A stretch of DNA of 32,182 bases from an uncultured Bacilli bacterium (GTDB taxonomy: Bacteria > Bacillota_I > Bacilli_A > RF39 > UBA660). Below are positions 18,213 through 26,617 of the stretch, one piece after another. Below the pieces are notes generated by a model. The model was not told the DNA's origin and did not search any database. It was given only the letters and a program-made list of their open reading frames with translations. A program made the translations under genes and the position numbers. The DNA lies in contig CALVJF010000001.1 in assembly GCA_944331885.1 (NCBI GenBank), forward strand, positions 1 to 32,182, read 5' to 3'. Numbering within the stretch: the first letter of the stretch is position 1; every line of letters starts with the position of its first letter.

Positions 18213-19961
18213 ATGGGTCTAATTAAAAGATTATGGACAAGAATTTTTAAAAAGTATAGTGATGAACCACCATGGTTAGAGTATTATTCTGAAGAGGAAA
18301 GGGCAATTAAATTTACTGATAAGTCTATTTATAATTATATGGAATCTTCAATAGATAACAAAGAGTATTATGCTCTTAATTATTTTGGTAATAGAATTAC
18401 GTATGGAGAAATGTTAAGAAGAATAGATTTAATTAGTAGAGGATTATTGTCATTAGGGGTTAAAAAGGGCGATGTTGTTAGTATTTGTATGCCAAATACG
18501 CCAGAGGCAGTTATTGCTTTTTATGCTTGTAATAAAATTGGAGCAATTGCTGATATGATTCATCCATTATCTGCAGCTAATGAAATTAAATCTTATATTG
18601 AAGATAATAAATCAAGAGTGTTATTTTTATATGATGCTAATTATGAAAAAGTGTGTGATTTTTTAGATGAAACAACAGTATATAAAACTATATTATTATC
18701 AGTTAAAGAGTCAATGCCTTTAATGTTAGGTATTGGTTATCAATTAACGCGAGGATTAAAAATTAAAAAGCCGAAAATGACAAATCAAGATTATATATCT
18801 TGGAGTGATTTATTAAATTTAGGAAGAGGATATCGTAATCAAAAGAAGATTAATGTTAAGTCTCAAGATTTGGCTATTATTTTGCATAGTGGTGGTACTA
18901 CTGGCAAGTCAAAAGGAATAATGATAAGTAATTACAATTTTAATGCTGAAGCTCAACAATGTGCTTTAAATGTGGCAAATGTTAGAGTACAAGATAAGAT
19001 TATGACAATATTGCCTATTTTTCATGGCTTTGGTTTAGGAGTTTGCGTTCATTGTCCTTTAACTTTGAATGTTGAAGTTATATTAATTCCGGAGTTTGAT
19101 GGAAAAAGGTTTCATCATATTATTCAAAAATATAAACCAAACGTTATAGCTGGAGTACCTACTTTATGGGAAGCAATGTTGAGTAATAAACGTTTCGAGG
19201 ATGTTGATTTGTCTTGCTTGAAATATGTTATTAGTGGTGGAGATTATTTAACAATAAGTATGGAAGAAAAAATGAATAAGTTTTTACGTACTCATGGAGC
19301 AAGTATTTCTATTTCTAAAGGCTATGGAATGACAGAAAGTGTTGCAGCTACTGCTTATACTTTTGATGGAACAAACGAGCCTGGTTCAATAGGAATCCCA
19401 ATGATAGGTAATAATTTTTGTATTTGTAAACCGGAAACAACTGAAGAGTTGCCTTATGGTGAAGAAGGAGAAATCTGTGTAAATGGTCCGACAGTAATGA
19501 TGGGTTATTGGGAAAATGTAGAAGAAACGCATAAAGTTTTGAAAAAACATAAGGATGGTAAAATTTGGTTGCATACTGGAGATGTTGGATATATTGCTTT
19601 AAATGGGGTTATTTATTTTACCCAAAGATTGAAAAGAATGATTGTTTCTAGTGGCTTTAATCTTTATCCTAGTGTTATTGAGGAAGTAATTGAGAAACAT
19701 CCTTTAGTTAAAAAGTGTTGTGTGATTGGGGTACCTCATAAGTATAAAATAAGTGTGGCAAAAGCTTTTGTAGTATTAGATGGAGAACCTTCTAAGAAAA
19801 TTGAAAGAGAGATTAGAGATATTTGTAAGGAAAATTTGGCTCAATATTCTCAGCCAAAATATATTGAGTTTAGAGATGAACTTCCAAAAACTTTGTATAA
19901 TAAAATTGATTATAAAACTTTAGAAAACGAAGAAAGTATGAAAAATAATGAAGCAAAGTAA
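18213..19961 (+). CDS. ANL-superfamily adenylating enzyme, FadD-like fatty acid-CoA (or carrier) ligase
   Basis: AMP-binding core motifs are present: HSGGTTGKSKG (A3), GYGMTES (A5), TGDVGY (A7), RLKRMIVSSGFNLYP (A8) and PKTLYNKIDY (A10 Lys). The start lies 2 nt after the upstream stop, with AAGGAGG inside the upstream gene. Confidence 0.85.
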   Translation: MGLIKRLWTRIFKKYSDEPPWLEYYSEEERAIKFTDKSIYNYMESSIDNKEYYALNYFGNRITYGEMLRRIDLISRGLLSLGVKKGDVVSICMPNTPEAVIAFYACNKIGAIADMIHPLSAANEIKSYIEDNKSRVLFLYDANYEKVCDFLDETTVYKTILLSVKESMPLMLGIGYQLTRGLKIKKPKMTNQDYISWSDLLNLGRGYRNQKKINVKSQDLAIILHSGGTTGKSKGIMISNYNFNAEAQQCALNVANVRVQDKIMTILPIFHGFGLGVCVHCPLTLNVEVILIPEFDGKRFHHIIQKYKPNVIAGVPTLWEAMLSNKRFEDVDLSCLKYVISGGDYLTISMEEKMNKFLRTHGASISISKGYGMTESVAATAYTFDGTNEPGSIGIPMIGNNFCICKPETTEELPYGEEGEICVNGPTVMMGYWENVEETHKVLKKHKDGKIWLHTGDVGYIALNGVIYFTQRLKRMIVSSGFNLYPSVIEEVIEKHPLVKKCCVIGVPHKYKISVAKAFVVLDGEPSKKIEREIRDICKENLAQYSQPKYIEFRDELPKTLYNKIDYKTLENEESMKNNEAK

Positions 19962-20535
19962 GAAATTAAATGAGTGGGGTTATAAGGTGTTTAAACCAAT
20001 ATTAAGTCCAATATTTAAATTATATTATAATCCTAGAATAGAAAATAAAGAATATTTGCAACAAGATGGACCAATTGTGGTAGTTGGAAACCATAAGCAT
20101 ATTATGGATCAATGTTTGGTAATTATTGCAACGAAAAGGATTATTCATTATATGGCTAAGAAAGAATATTTTGATGGAAAAATGGCTTGGTTTTTTAAAG
20201 CAACTGGTTGTATATCCGTCAATCGAAGTATTCATGATTCTAATGCCAAGAATAAAGCTTTGGAAGTGTTAGAAAGTGGGGGAGCTATTGGTCTTTTTCC
20301 TGAAGGAACTAGAAATAAGACTAAAGCTAAATTGTTGCCGTTTAAATATGGTGCTGTTTCAATGGCTAAGAAAACTAATGCGACAATCATTCCTTTTGGA
20401 ATAGTAGGAGATTATAAATTTCGTAGCAAAAATTTAAAAATAAAATTTGGAAAACCGTTTAAAGTTGGTGAAATGTCTTTAGAAGAGGCAAATGCTAAGT
20501 TGGAAAAGATAGTGTTAGAATTAATTGGAGGGTAG
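19948..20535 (+). CDS. PlsC-family acyltransferase, paralog 2
   Basis: The HX4D motif (GNHKHIMD), FPEGTRNKT and PFKYGA are present, and the protein is collinear with the 17638 gene. Its start overlaps the ligase stop by 14 nt. Confidence 0.8.
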   Translation: MKQSKKLNEWGYKVFKPILSPIFKLYYNPRIENKEYLQQDGPIVVVGNHKHIMDQCLVIIATKRIIHYMAKKEYFDGKMAWFFKATGCISVNRSIHDSNAKNKALEVLESGGAIGLFPEGTRNKTKAKLLPFKYGAVSMAKKTNATIIPFGIVGDYKFRSKNLKIKFGKPFKVGEMSLEEANAKLEKIVLELIGG

Positions 20536-20537
20536 TA

Positions 20538-21362
20538 ATGAGTAAAGATAGGAAAGATGGAAGATATATAAAGCCGAATGATGCAATCCATGCAATCATG
20601 CCTTATTTAATGGAAAAAAGAACTGAGTCTGAAGTATACAAAAGTCAACTAATTGATATTACCGAGTTAAAAAAATGGGTTGATACTAAAAATAAGGAAT
20701 TAGATTTTAAAATGACATATTTTCATGCATTAACTGCTTTATTGGTAAAAGTTCTTTACAATAGAAATTTATTAAATCGTTTTGTACAAGGGCATAGAAT
20801 TTATGAAAGAAATTATGTTTCTGTGACTTTTGCTGCTAAAGATAAAATGAGTGATAATGCTGAAGAAAAAATGATAGTATTGAAAATTGATAAAAAAGAT
20901 AATGGAGTTAAGTTGGCAAAAAAAATGGCAGTAGATATATTTAAAGTTCGCAAAGAAGGGACAAACGATTTAGATCAAACTTTAAAAGTAATTACTAGAA
21001 TGCCACGTTGGCTGTTAAGAATATTTGCTAAATTTGTAAAATGGTTGGATTATCATGGCTGGTTACCATCTAGTTTTACAGATACTGATCCTAACTATAG
21101 TACATTGTTGTTATCTAATTTAGGAAGTATAAAAAGTGATTCTTGTTATCATCATTTAAATAATTATGGTACTAATTCAATTATTATAACTATTGGATTG
21201 ATTAGAGAGGAAAAGGGAAAAACTTTAGTAGATTTAAGTGCAACTTTAGATGAAAGAATAGCGGATGGGTTTTATTTTGTAAAGTCAATGAATTTAGCGC
21301 AATATATAGCGAGTAATCCAGAAATTTTAGAAGAAGAGCTTGGTAAAATAATTAAAGAATAA
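20538..21362 (+). CDS. Stand-alone 2-oxoacid dehydrogenase E2 / CAT-fold acyltransferase-like protein with a DER variant of the DHR motif
   Basis: The protein is collinear with E2 catalytic-domain blocks (IDITELKKW, MTYFHALTALLVKVL, TLLLSNLGS, LSATLDERIADGFYFVKSM...NPEIL). There is no lipoyl or E3-binding domain. GGAGGG precedes the ATG, which lies 2 nt after the upstream stop. Confidence 0.6.
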   Translation: MSKDRKDGRYIKPNDAIHAIMPYLMEKRTESEVYKSQLIDITELKKWVDTKNKELDFKMTYFHALTALLVKVLYNRNLLNRFVQGHRIYERNYVSVTFAAKDKMSDNAEEKMIVLKIDKKDNGVKLAKKMAVDIFKVRKEGTNDLDQTLKVITRMPRWLLRIFAKFVKWLDYHGWLPSSFTDTDPNYSTLLLSNLGSIKSDSCYHHLNNYGTNSIIITIGLIREEKGKTLVDLSATLDERIADGFYFVKSMNLAQYIASNPEILEEELGKIIKE

Positions 21363-21382
21363 GTACTTAAGTACTTTTTTTT
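21361..21382 (+). terminator. Rho-independent terminator closing the four-gene acyl operon
   Basis: AAGTAC - TTAA - GTACTT is followed by a T-run. Confidence 0.7.
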
Positions 21383-21412
21383 ATTTTGTATTTAGAGTAA
21401 AATTGTATTGAG

Positions 21413-22486
21413 ATGATTATTATGACTAATTATAGAGGCACTTATGTTGAAGTAAATATTAGAAATATTAGGGAAAATGTATCTAAAATTATAAAGAAAT
21501 ATAATAATTACTTATATTATTTAGGTGTTGTTAAAGCAGATTCTTATGGACATTTTGATAACCAAGTCGTCAAAGCAATAATAGATGGTGGTTGTAACTA
21601 TTTGGCTGTTTCTTCACTAGAGGAAGCGTTAATTATTCGTCAAGAATTTAAAGATATACCAATATTATGTTTAGGAATAATTGATACTAAGTTTCTGAAT
21701 GTAGCAATTGATAATAATATTACGATAACTATTCCTGATTATGAATATGTAATGAAAATAGAAAAAGAATTATTACAGAAGTTAACAGTTCATGTAAAAA
21801 TTGACACGGGTATGAATCGTTTAGGAATAAAGACAAAAGATGATTTTATTAGAACTTATAATTATTTAAGAAATAATGATGTAAATATTGAGGGAATTTA
21901 TACTCATATATACGCAGCTAATAGTAAGGATTTAACTAATAAACAAATAGTGAAATTTAAAGAGATAGTAAATAGTGTGGATAAAGTCAAAATTATTCAC
22001 ATAGCTCAAAGTGAAACTTTGGTCAATTATCCTAAATTTGATTTTGCAAATGGTTGTCGGTTAGGAATTATTATGTATGGATTTACAAGTGATAAATCAC
22101 TTAATTTATTATCTACTTTTAAATTGTATAGTAAAGTAATTGAATTAAAGGTGCTAAATCCTTTAGAAACAGTTGGTTATAATGGAGTTTATCAAGCTAA
22201 AGAAAGAGAAAAAATTGCTGTAGTTGCTATTGGTTATGCTGATGGTATTATAAGAAAAAATACAGGAAGCTATGTTTATATTAATAATGTTAGATATCAA
22301 ATTGTTGGAAATATATGCATGGATATGTTAATGGTTAAAGTTGATGATAAAGTAAAAGTTGGAGATAGTGTTTTAATATTAAAAGATATACAACATATTG
22401 AAGAAGTTGCTAGGTATTTGGATACTATTCCTTATGAAGTAATTTGTATGATTGGTAAAAGGGTTCCGAGAGTATATATTGATTAA
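21413..22486 (+). CDS. alr: Alanine racemase
   Basis: The PLP-lysine motif VVKADSYGHF and the blocks HVKIDTGMNRLG, GIYTHIY and VGYNG are present, and the length is typical. An alternative start is ATG 21422. Confidence 0.88.
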   Translation: MIIMTNYRGTYVEVNIRNIRENVSKIIKKYNNYLYYLGVVKADSYGHFDNQVVKAIIDGGCNYLAVSSLEEALIIRQEFKDIPILCLGIIDTKFLNVAIDNNITITIPDYEYVMKIEKELLQKLTVHVKIDTGMNRLGIKTKDDFIRTYNYLRNNDVNIEGIYTHIYAANSKDLTNKQIVKFKEIVNSVDKVKIIHIAQSETLVNYPKFDFANGCRLGIIMYGFTSDKSLNLLSTFKLYSKVIELKVLNPLETVGYNGVYQAKEREKIAVVAIGYADGIIRKNTGSYVYINNVRYQIVGNICMDMLMVKVDDKVKVGDSVLILKDIQHIEEVARYLDTIPYEVICMIGKRVPRVYID

Positions 22487-22518
22487 ACTTTGGCGTAATG
22501 GTAAGTTTAAAATGAAGG

Positions 22519-23106
22519 TTGGTGTATGTCGTGATTAATTTTGAAGACTTTTTAGAAAATGGTGAAAAAATAATATATAAGAGTAAGTGTAATTATAAGA
22601 AGATTTCTAGTAATTTTTTATTTAATGGGATTTTGTTTTTGGCTATTATTTGTTTACATGTGGGAATGATAATTTTTGCTTTAAATAAATATCAAAATTT
22701 GGGAGAAATTATTATTGTAATCTTACTAATTTCTATTCTTTGTGTTACTTTTGAGTTAATATTTGGCTATGCATTAATTTATGGAATATTTTTAGCCAAA
22801 AAAGATTATAAAGATTCTTATTATTGTATGACTGATCGAAGAGCTATGGTTTATGAAAAAAATAAGTTAATATTTGTGTATTTGCAAATTATGAGTGATA
22901 TATTTGTAACAAAAGAAAAAGATGGTTATGGAAATGTTGTATTTAATGTAGATAATTTTGATTATGAAAGTGGTATTGTGACTAAGTTATCTAATTCTAA
23001 TAATGAAGAATTGGGATTAACATTTGTAGCAATTGAAAAGCCAACTCAGTTATGTGAATTGGCAATTAATACTCGTGATAAGCTTTTAAAAGAATTAAAT
23101 AAATAG
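22519..23106 (+). CDS. Hypothetical membrane protein (two TM helices plus a C-terminal soluble domain, possibly bacterial PH-like)
   Basis: Two hydrophobic helices (FLFNGILFLAIICLHVGMIIFAL, IIIVILLISILCVTFELIFGYALIYGIF) are followed by MTDRRAMVY...GNVVF. The start is ambiguous (TTG 22519, GTG 22522 or GTG 22531). Confidence 0.4.
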   Translation: MVYVVINFEDFLENGEKIIYKSKCNYKKISSNFLFNGILFLAIICLHVGMIIFALNKYQNLGEIIIVILLISILCVTFELIFGYALIYGIFLAKKDYKDSYYCMTDRRAMVYEKNKLIFVYLQIMSDIFVTKEKDGYGNVVFNVDNFDYESGIVTKLSNSNNEELGLTFVAIEKPTQLCELAINTRDKLLKELNK

Positions 23107-23115
23107 TTTTGGGGG

Positions 23116-23150
23116 AAGATAAAACAAGGACTAGTTCCTTGTTTTATCTT
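23116..23150 (+). terminator. Long perfect hairpin without a clear U-tract (atypical terminator or RNA element)
   Basis: AAGATAAAACAAGGA - CTAGT - TCCTTGTTTTATCTT forms a 15-bp perfect stem. The downstream sequence is AGAATAAA rather than a T-run. Confidence 0.45.
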
Positions 23151-23158
23151 AGAATAAA

Positions 23159-23167
23159 TGATAGAAT
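23159..23167 (+). promoter_or_regulatory. Extended -10 promoter (TGaTAGAAT) for uvrB
   Basis: TGATAGAAT lies 23 nt upstream of ATG 23191. GAGGTGA serves as the SD. Confidence 0.5.
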
Positions 23168-23190
23168 CAGATTTGTTATGAGGTGATTAA

Positions 23191-25140
23191 ATGTTCGAAT
23201 TAGTATCAAAGTATCAACCTAGCGGTGATCAACCAGAAGCAATAAAAGAATTGGTAGAGGGAATAAAAGCTGGTAAACGTGATCAAGTTTTATTGGGAGC
23301 TACTGGAACTGGAAAGACTTTTACGATTGCTAATGTAATTAAAGAAGTTAATAAACCAACATTAGTGTTAGCTCATAATAAAACCTTAGCAGGGCAGCTA
23401 TATTCGGAATTTAAAGAATTGTTTCCAAATAATCATGTAGAATATTTTGTAAGTTATTATGATTATTATCAACCAGAAGCTTATGTACCTAGTAGTGATA
23501 CATATATTGAAAAAGATGCTTCAATTAATGATGAAATTGATGAATTGAGACATGGTGCAACTAGTGCTTTAATTAATAATCGTGACGTTATTGTTGTAGC
23601 AAGCGTTTCATGTATATATGGTATTGGCGAAAAAGAAGAATATATTAATAAAATGTTAACTTTAACTGTTGGAGAAACGATGAAACGAAATGATATAATC
23701 AATAAGTTAGTGGATATGACTTATGAACGTAGTGACATTGATTTTCATCGTGGAACTTTTAGAGTTAGAGGAGATGTTATTGATATAATACCTGTAAATG
23801 AAAGGGCGCACGGAATAAGAGTAGAATTGTTTGGAGATGAAATTGATCGATTATATACTTTTGATCCAGTTACTGGTGTGGTAGTACAGGAGAAAAAAAC
23901 GATGAGTCTTTTTCCGGCTAGTCATTTTGTTACTAGTGATGAAAAAATGCAAGAAGCTATTCGAAGAATAGAAAAAGAATTGCAAGAAAGATTACAGGTT
24001 TTAAAAGATAATAATAAATTAATTGAAGAGCAACGTTTAAGAGAAAGAACAAATTATGATTTGGAAATGTTAAAAGAAACAGGTTTTTGTAATGGAGTAG
24101 AAAATTATTCAAGACATCTAGCTTTAAGAGAAGAAGGTGAAACGCCAGCTACTTTAATTGATTTTTTCCCGGATGATTTTTTATTAGTGGTTGATGAGTC
24201 ACATGTTACTTTACCCCAAGTAAGAGGAATGTATAATGGAGATAGAATGCGTAAACAAACACTTGTTGATTATGGCTTTAGATTACCTTCAGCTTTAGAT
24301 AATCGACCTTTAAAGTTTGAAGAGTTTGAGAAAAAAATTAATCAAGCTATATATGTTTCAGCAACCCCTGGTGATTATGAATTAGAAAAGACTAATCATA
24401 AGTTTGTAGAACAAATTATTCGTCCAACTGGTCTATTGGATCCAACTATTGATGTTCGTCCAACTGAAGGACAAATTGATGATATAATTGGAGAAATTAA
24501 TGATCGAATAAAGAAAAATGAAAGAGTTTTAATTACTACATTAACAATTAGAATGGCCGAAGAGTTGACTAATTATTTAAAAGATCTAAATATAAAAGTT
24601 GCTTATTTACATAGTGAAGTTAAAACTTTAGAGCGTTTAAAGATTATTAGAGAATTGAGATTAGGTAAATATGATGTTGTAGTTGGAATTAATTTATTGC
24701 GTGAAGGAATAGATATTCCAGAAGTAAGTTTAATTTGTATCTTAGATGCTGATAAGCAAGGATTTTTGCGAAGTACACGAAGCCTAATTCAAACTATAGG
24801 TCGTTGTGCTCGTAATCAAAATGGTCATGTTATAATGTACGCTGATACTGTTAGCGAAGCAATGGCCGAAGCAATTAAAGAGACTAAGCGTCGTCGCGAA
24901 ATTCAAGAACATTATAATCAAGAACATGGAATAACTCCTAAAACTATTATAAAAGAGGTTAGGGAATTAATTAGTAATGAAGTTGATAATAGTACTAAAA
25001 ATACTGAAAAATTAAGTAAAAAAGAAAAACAAGATATAATGATAAAGATTGAAGAAGAAATGAAAAATGCAGCTAAAAATTTAGATTTCGAAAGGGCAAT
25101 GGAATTAAGAGATATCTTATTTGAAATGAAAAGTAATTAG
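23191..25140 (+). CDS. uvrB: Excinuclease ABC subunit B
   Basis: The N-terminus [17 protein letters not shown], Walker A GATGTGKT, the DESH box (VVDESHVT) and a C-terminal UVR motif ([11 protein letters not shown]) are present. Confidence 0.95.
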   Translation: MFELVSKYQPSGDQPEAIKELVEGIKAGKRDQVLLGATGTGKTFTIANVIKEVNKPTLVLAHNKTLAGQLYSEFKELFPNNHVEYFVSYYDYYQPEAYVPSSDTYIEKDASINDEIDELRHGATSALINNRDVIVVASVSCIYGIGEKEEYINKMLTLTVGETMKRNDIINKLVDMTYERSDIDFHRGTFRVRGDVIDIIPVNERAHGIRVELFGDEIDRLYTFDPVTGVVVQEKKTMSLFPASHFVTSDEKMQEAIRRIEKELQERLQVLKDNNKLIEEQRLRERTNYDLEMLKETGFCNGVENYSRHLALREEGETPATLIDFFPDDFLLVVDESHVTLPQVRGMYNGDRMRKQTLVDYGFRLPSALDNRPLKFEEFEKKINQAIYVSATPGDYELEKTNHKFVEQIIRPTGLLDPTIDVRPTEGQIDDIIGEINDRIKKNERVLITTLTIRMAEELTNYLKDLNIKVAYLHSEVKTLERLKIIRELRLGKYDVVVGINLLREGIDIPEVSLICILDADKQGFLRSTRSLIQTIGRCARNQNGHVIMYADTVSEAMAEAIKETKRRREIQEHYNQEHGITPKTIIKEVRELISNEVDNSTKNTEKLSKKEKQDIMIKIEEEMKNAAKNLDFERAMELRDILFEMKSN

Positions 25141-25149
25141 TGATATAAT
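25141..25149 (+). promoter_or_regulatory. Extended -10 promoter (TGaTATAAT) for the 25178 gene
   Basis: TGATATAAT starts directly after the uvrB stop codon. Confidence 0.5.
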
Positions 25150-25177
25150 ATGTTTCCTTTAAAAAGGGGGATTGTAT

Positions 25178-26581
25178 ATGTTTGATTTTTATATAGATCA
25201 ATTAAAGAAAAATAAAATAGCTTTTTTAAAAGATATTAGTAAGAATCAACTTGGTAATTTAATTTCTTATGTTCGTAAGAGAGAAGACTATCAAGAAATA
25301 GTTGCAACTATTTATAAAAATTTAATTAGTAGAGGCTATTCTAAAATATTATTTGCTTTAGTTTATGATAATCCTGTTTATCAGAGTTTTGTAATGAACT
25401 ATATAAAAAAGCATCCAGAAATAGTTAATCAAGGAGATTATGTTGGTGGATTAATGTATTTAGATTATGGTTATGAAATTTTAAGATTATTAGCAAATAG
25501 TTTGAATGATAGTTGTTTAAGGATTTTGTTGGGATATGTTTTAACTTATAAGGAAGAAGATATTTTATATTTTTTGAAACATTCTAATATGCATGTTAGA
25601 GCAATTATGTTACAGGAAATGATTAGAAAGTTTCCAGAAAAATATTATGATTATGTGACCGATTTAAAAGAAATTATAATAAAGCCTTATGATGAAAATG
25701 ATCAGTATTATATTCAGCCAATGCTTGTTTCTGAGCCTGATCTGTCTTTAATAGCGGTACTTTTTAAAAGTAGTGGTGTTTTTGACGAAGAATACAATAA
25801 ATTGAAGGATTATATTATTGCAACTTATAAAAGTAATGATTTAGCAAAATTATTAGTTGGAAATGGGATGAATCAAGAATTTATTGATGATGCTGATAGA
25901 TTATTTTTAACTAGCAAAACTTTTAAAATTGGTTTAATAAATAAATTTGGTCAGCATATTAATTCTGAATTAGTTAAAGAATTTAATAGGTTATATAGTG
26001 TCTATATGACTGGAGCGAGCATTGTGACTGATTATGCATTTGCTTATGGATTAGGAGAAAAATTGGGGTCTATTACCGAAAAATATTTAGATTTAAGTCA
26101 TAGTAAAGACTTTAGGCTATTGCCTGGAGGTGGCTGTGCTAAAACGTTTAAAATAGGTGATTATGTTTTGAAAATGAGTTTAAGGAAACATTCATATGAA
26201 CCAATAATATGTCCTGATTTATTTTTAACAATTGAAAATTTGGAAGAAATAATTTTACGCGATGGATTTGGTCATGTTAAGTTTGCATTAGAAGTGCAAA
26301 AATATTTAGAGCGTGGTGCAGAGGGAATAAGTATAGATTTATTTAATTTGTTTCATCAAGAATTAGCAAAGTTAGGGTATTATTCAATGGATACAATAAA
26401 ATTAGAGTCTTTTAAAAGAAATTGTCGATATTTAGATGATTATCATGATGCGGATATTCGTAATCCAGAGGAATTGCCTGACTGGTTTAAAAAAGATCCA
26501 ATAGTTTTAGTTGATCGTGATTTGGTTTTTAAATTGTCAAATAAGATGCCTAAAACTTTGATATCTTCTTGGGAATTGTAA
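25178..26581 (+). CDS. Hypothetical protein with a helical N-terminal region and a possible minimal protein-kinase-like C-terminal domain
   Basis: It has its own extended -10 promoter (25141-25149) and a GGGGG SD 8 nt before ATG 25178. The C-terminal 160 aa carries GGGCAKTFKIGDYVLKM (Gly-rich loop plus Lys), YHDADIRN / SMDTIK and VLVDRD. The kinase-like reading is an inference. Confidence 0.5.
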   Translation: MFDFYIDQLKKNKIAFLKDISKNQLGNLISYVRKREDYQEIVATIYKNLISRGYSKILFALVYDNPVYQSFVMNYIKKHPEIVNQGDYVGGLMYLDYGYEILRLLANSLNDSCLRILLGYVLTYKEEDILYFLKHSNMHVRAIMLQEMIRKFPEKYYDYVTDLKEIIIKPYDENDQYYIQPMLVSEPDLSLIAVLFKSSGVFDEEYNKLKDYIIATYKSNDLAKLLVGNGMNQEFIDDADRLFLTSKTFKIGLINKFGQHINSELVKEFNRLYSVYMTGASIVTDYAFAYGLGEKLGSITEKYLDLSHSKDFRLLPGGGCAKTFKIGDYVLKMSLRKHSYEPIICPDLFLTIENLEEIILRDGFGHVKFALEVQKYLERGAEGISIDLFNLFHQELAKLGYYSMDTIKLESFKRNCRYLDDYHDADIRNPEELPDWFKKDPIVLVDRDLVFKLSNKMPKTLISSWEL

Positions 26582-26587
26582 AAAAAG

Positions 26588-26596
26588 TGTTATAAT
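26588..26596 (+). promoter_or_regulatory. Extended -10 promoter (TGtTATAAT) for the CBS-pyrophosphatase gene
   Basis: TGTTATAAT lies 21 nt upstream of ATG 26618. Confidence 0.5.
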
Positions 26597-26617
26597 ATTG
26601 TAAAGGTGGGATTAGAG

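Noticed and set aside
19386-20235. Minus-strand ORFs 19386..19574 and 20020..20235 inside the ligase and second PlsC genes
   Set aside because: They are antisense to genes with clear catalytic motifs and have no signals.
23107-23204. LexA (Cheo-type GAAC-N4-GTTC) SOS box near uvrB; also searched at 30957-30997 upstream of uvrA
   Set aside because: Only half-sites are present: GTTCG in the first codons of uvrB, and GGAC-TA-GTTCC in the hairpin loop with the wrong spacing. There is no full palindrome.
23481-23702. Minus-strand ORF inside uvrB
   Set aside because: It is antisense to a highly conserved gene, so it is a shadow frame.
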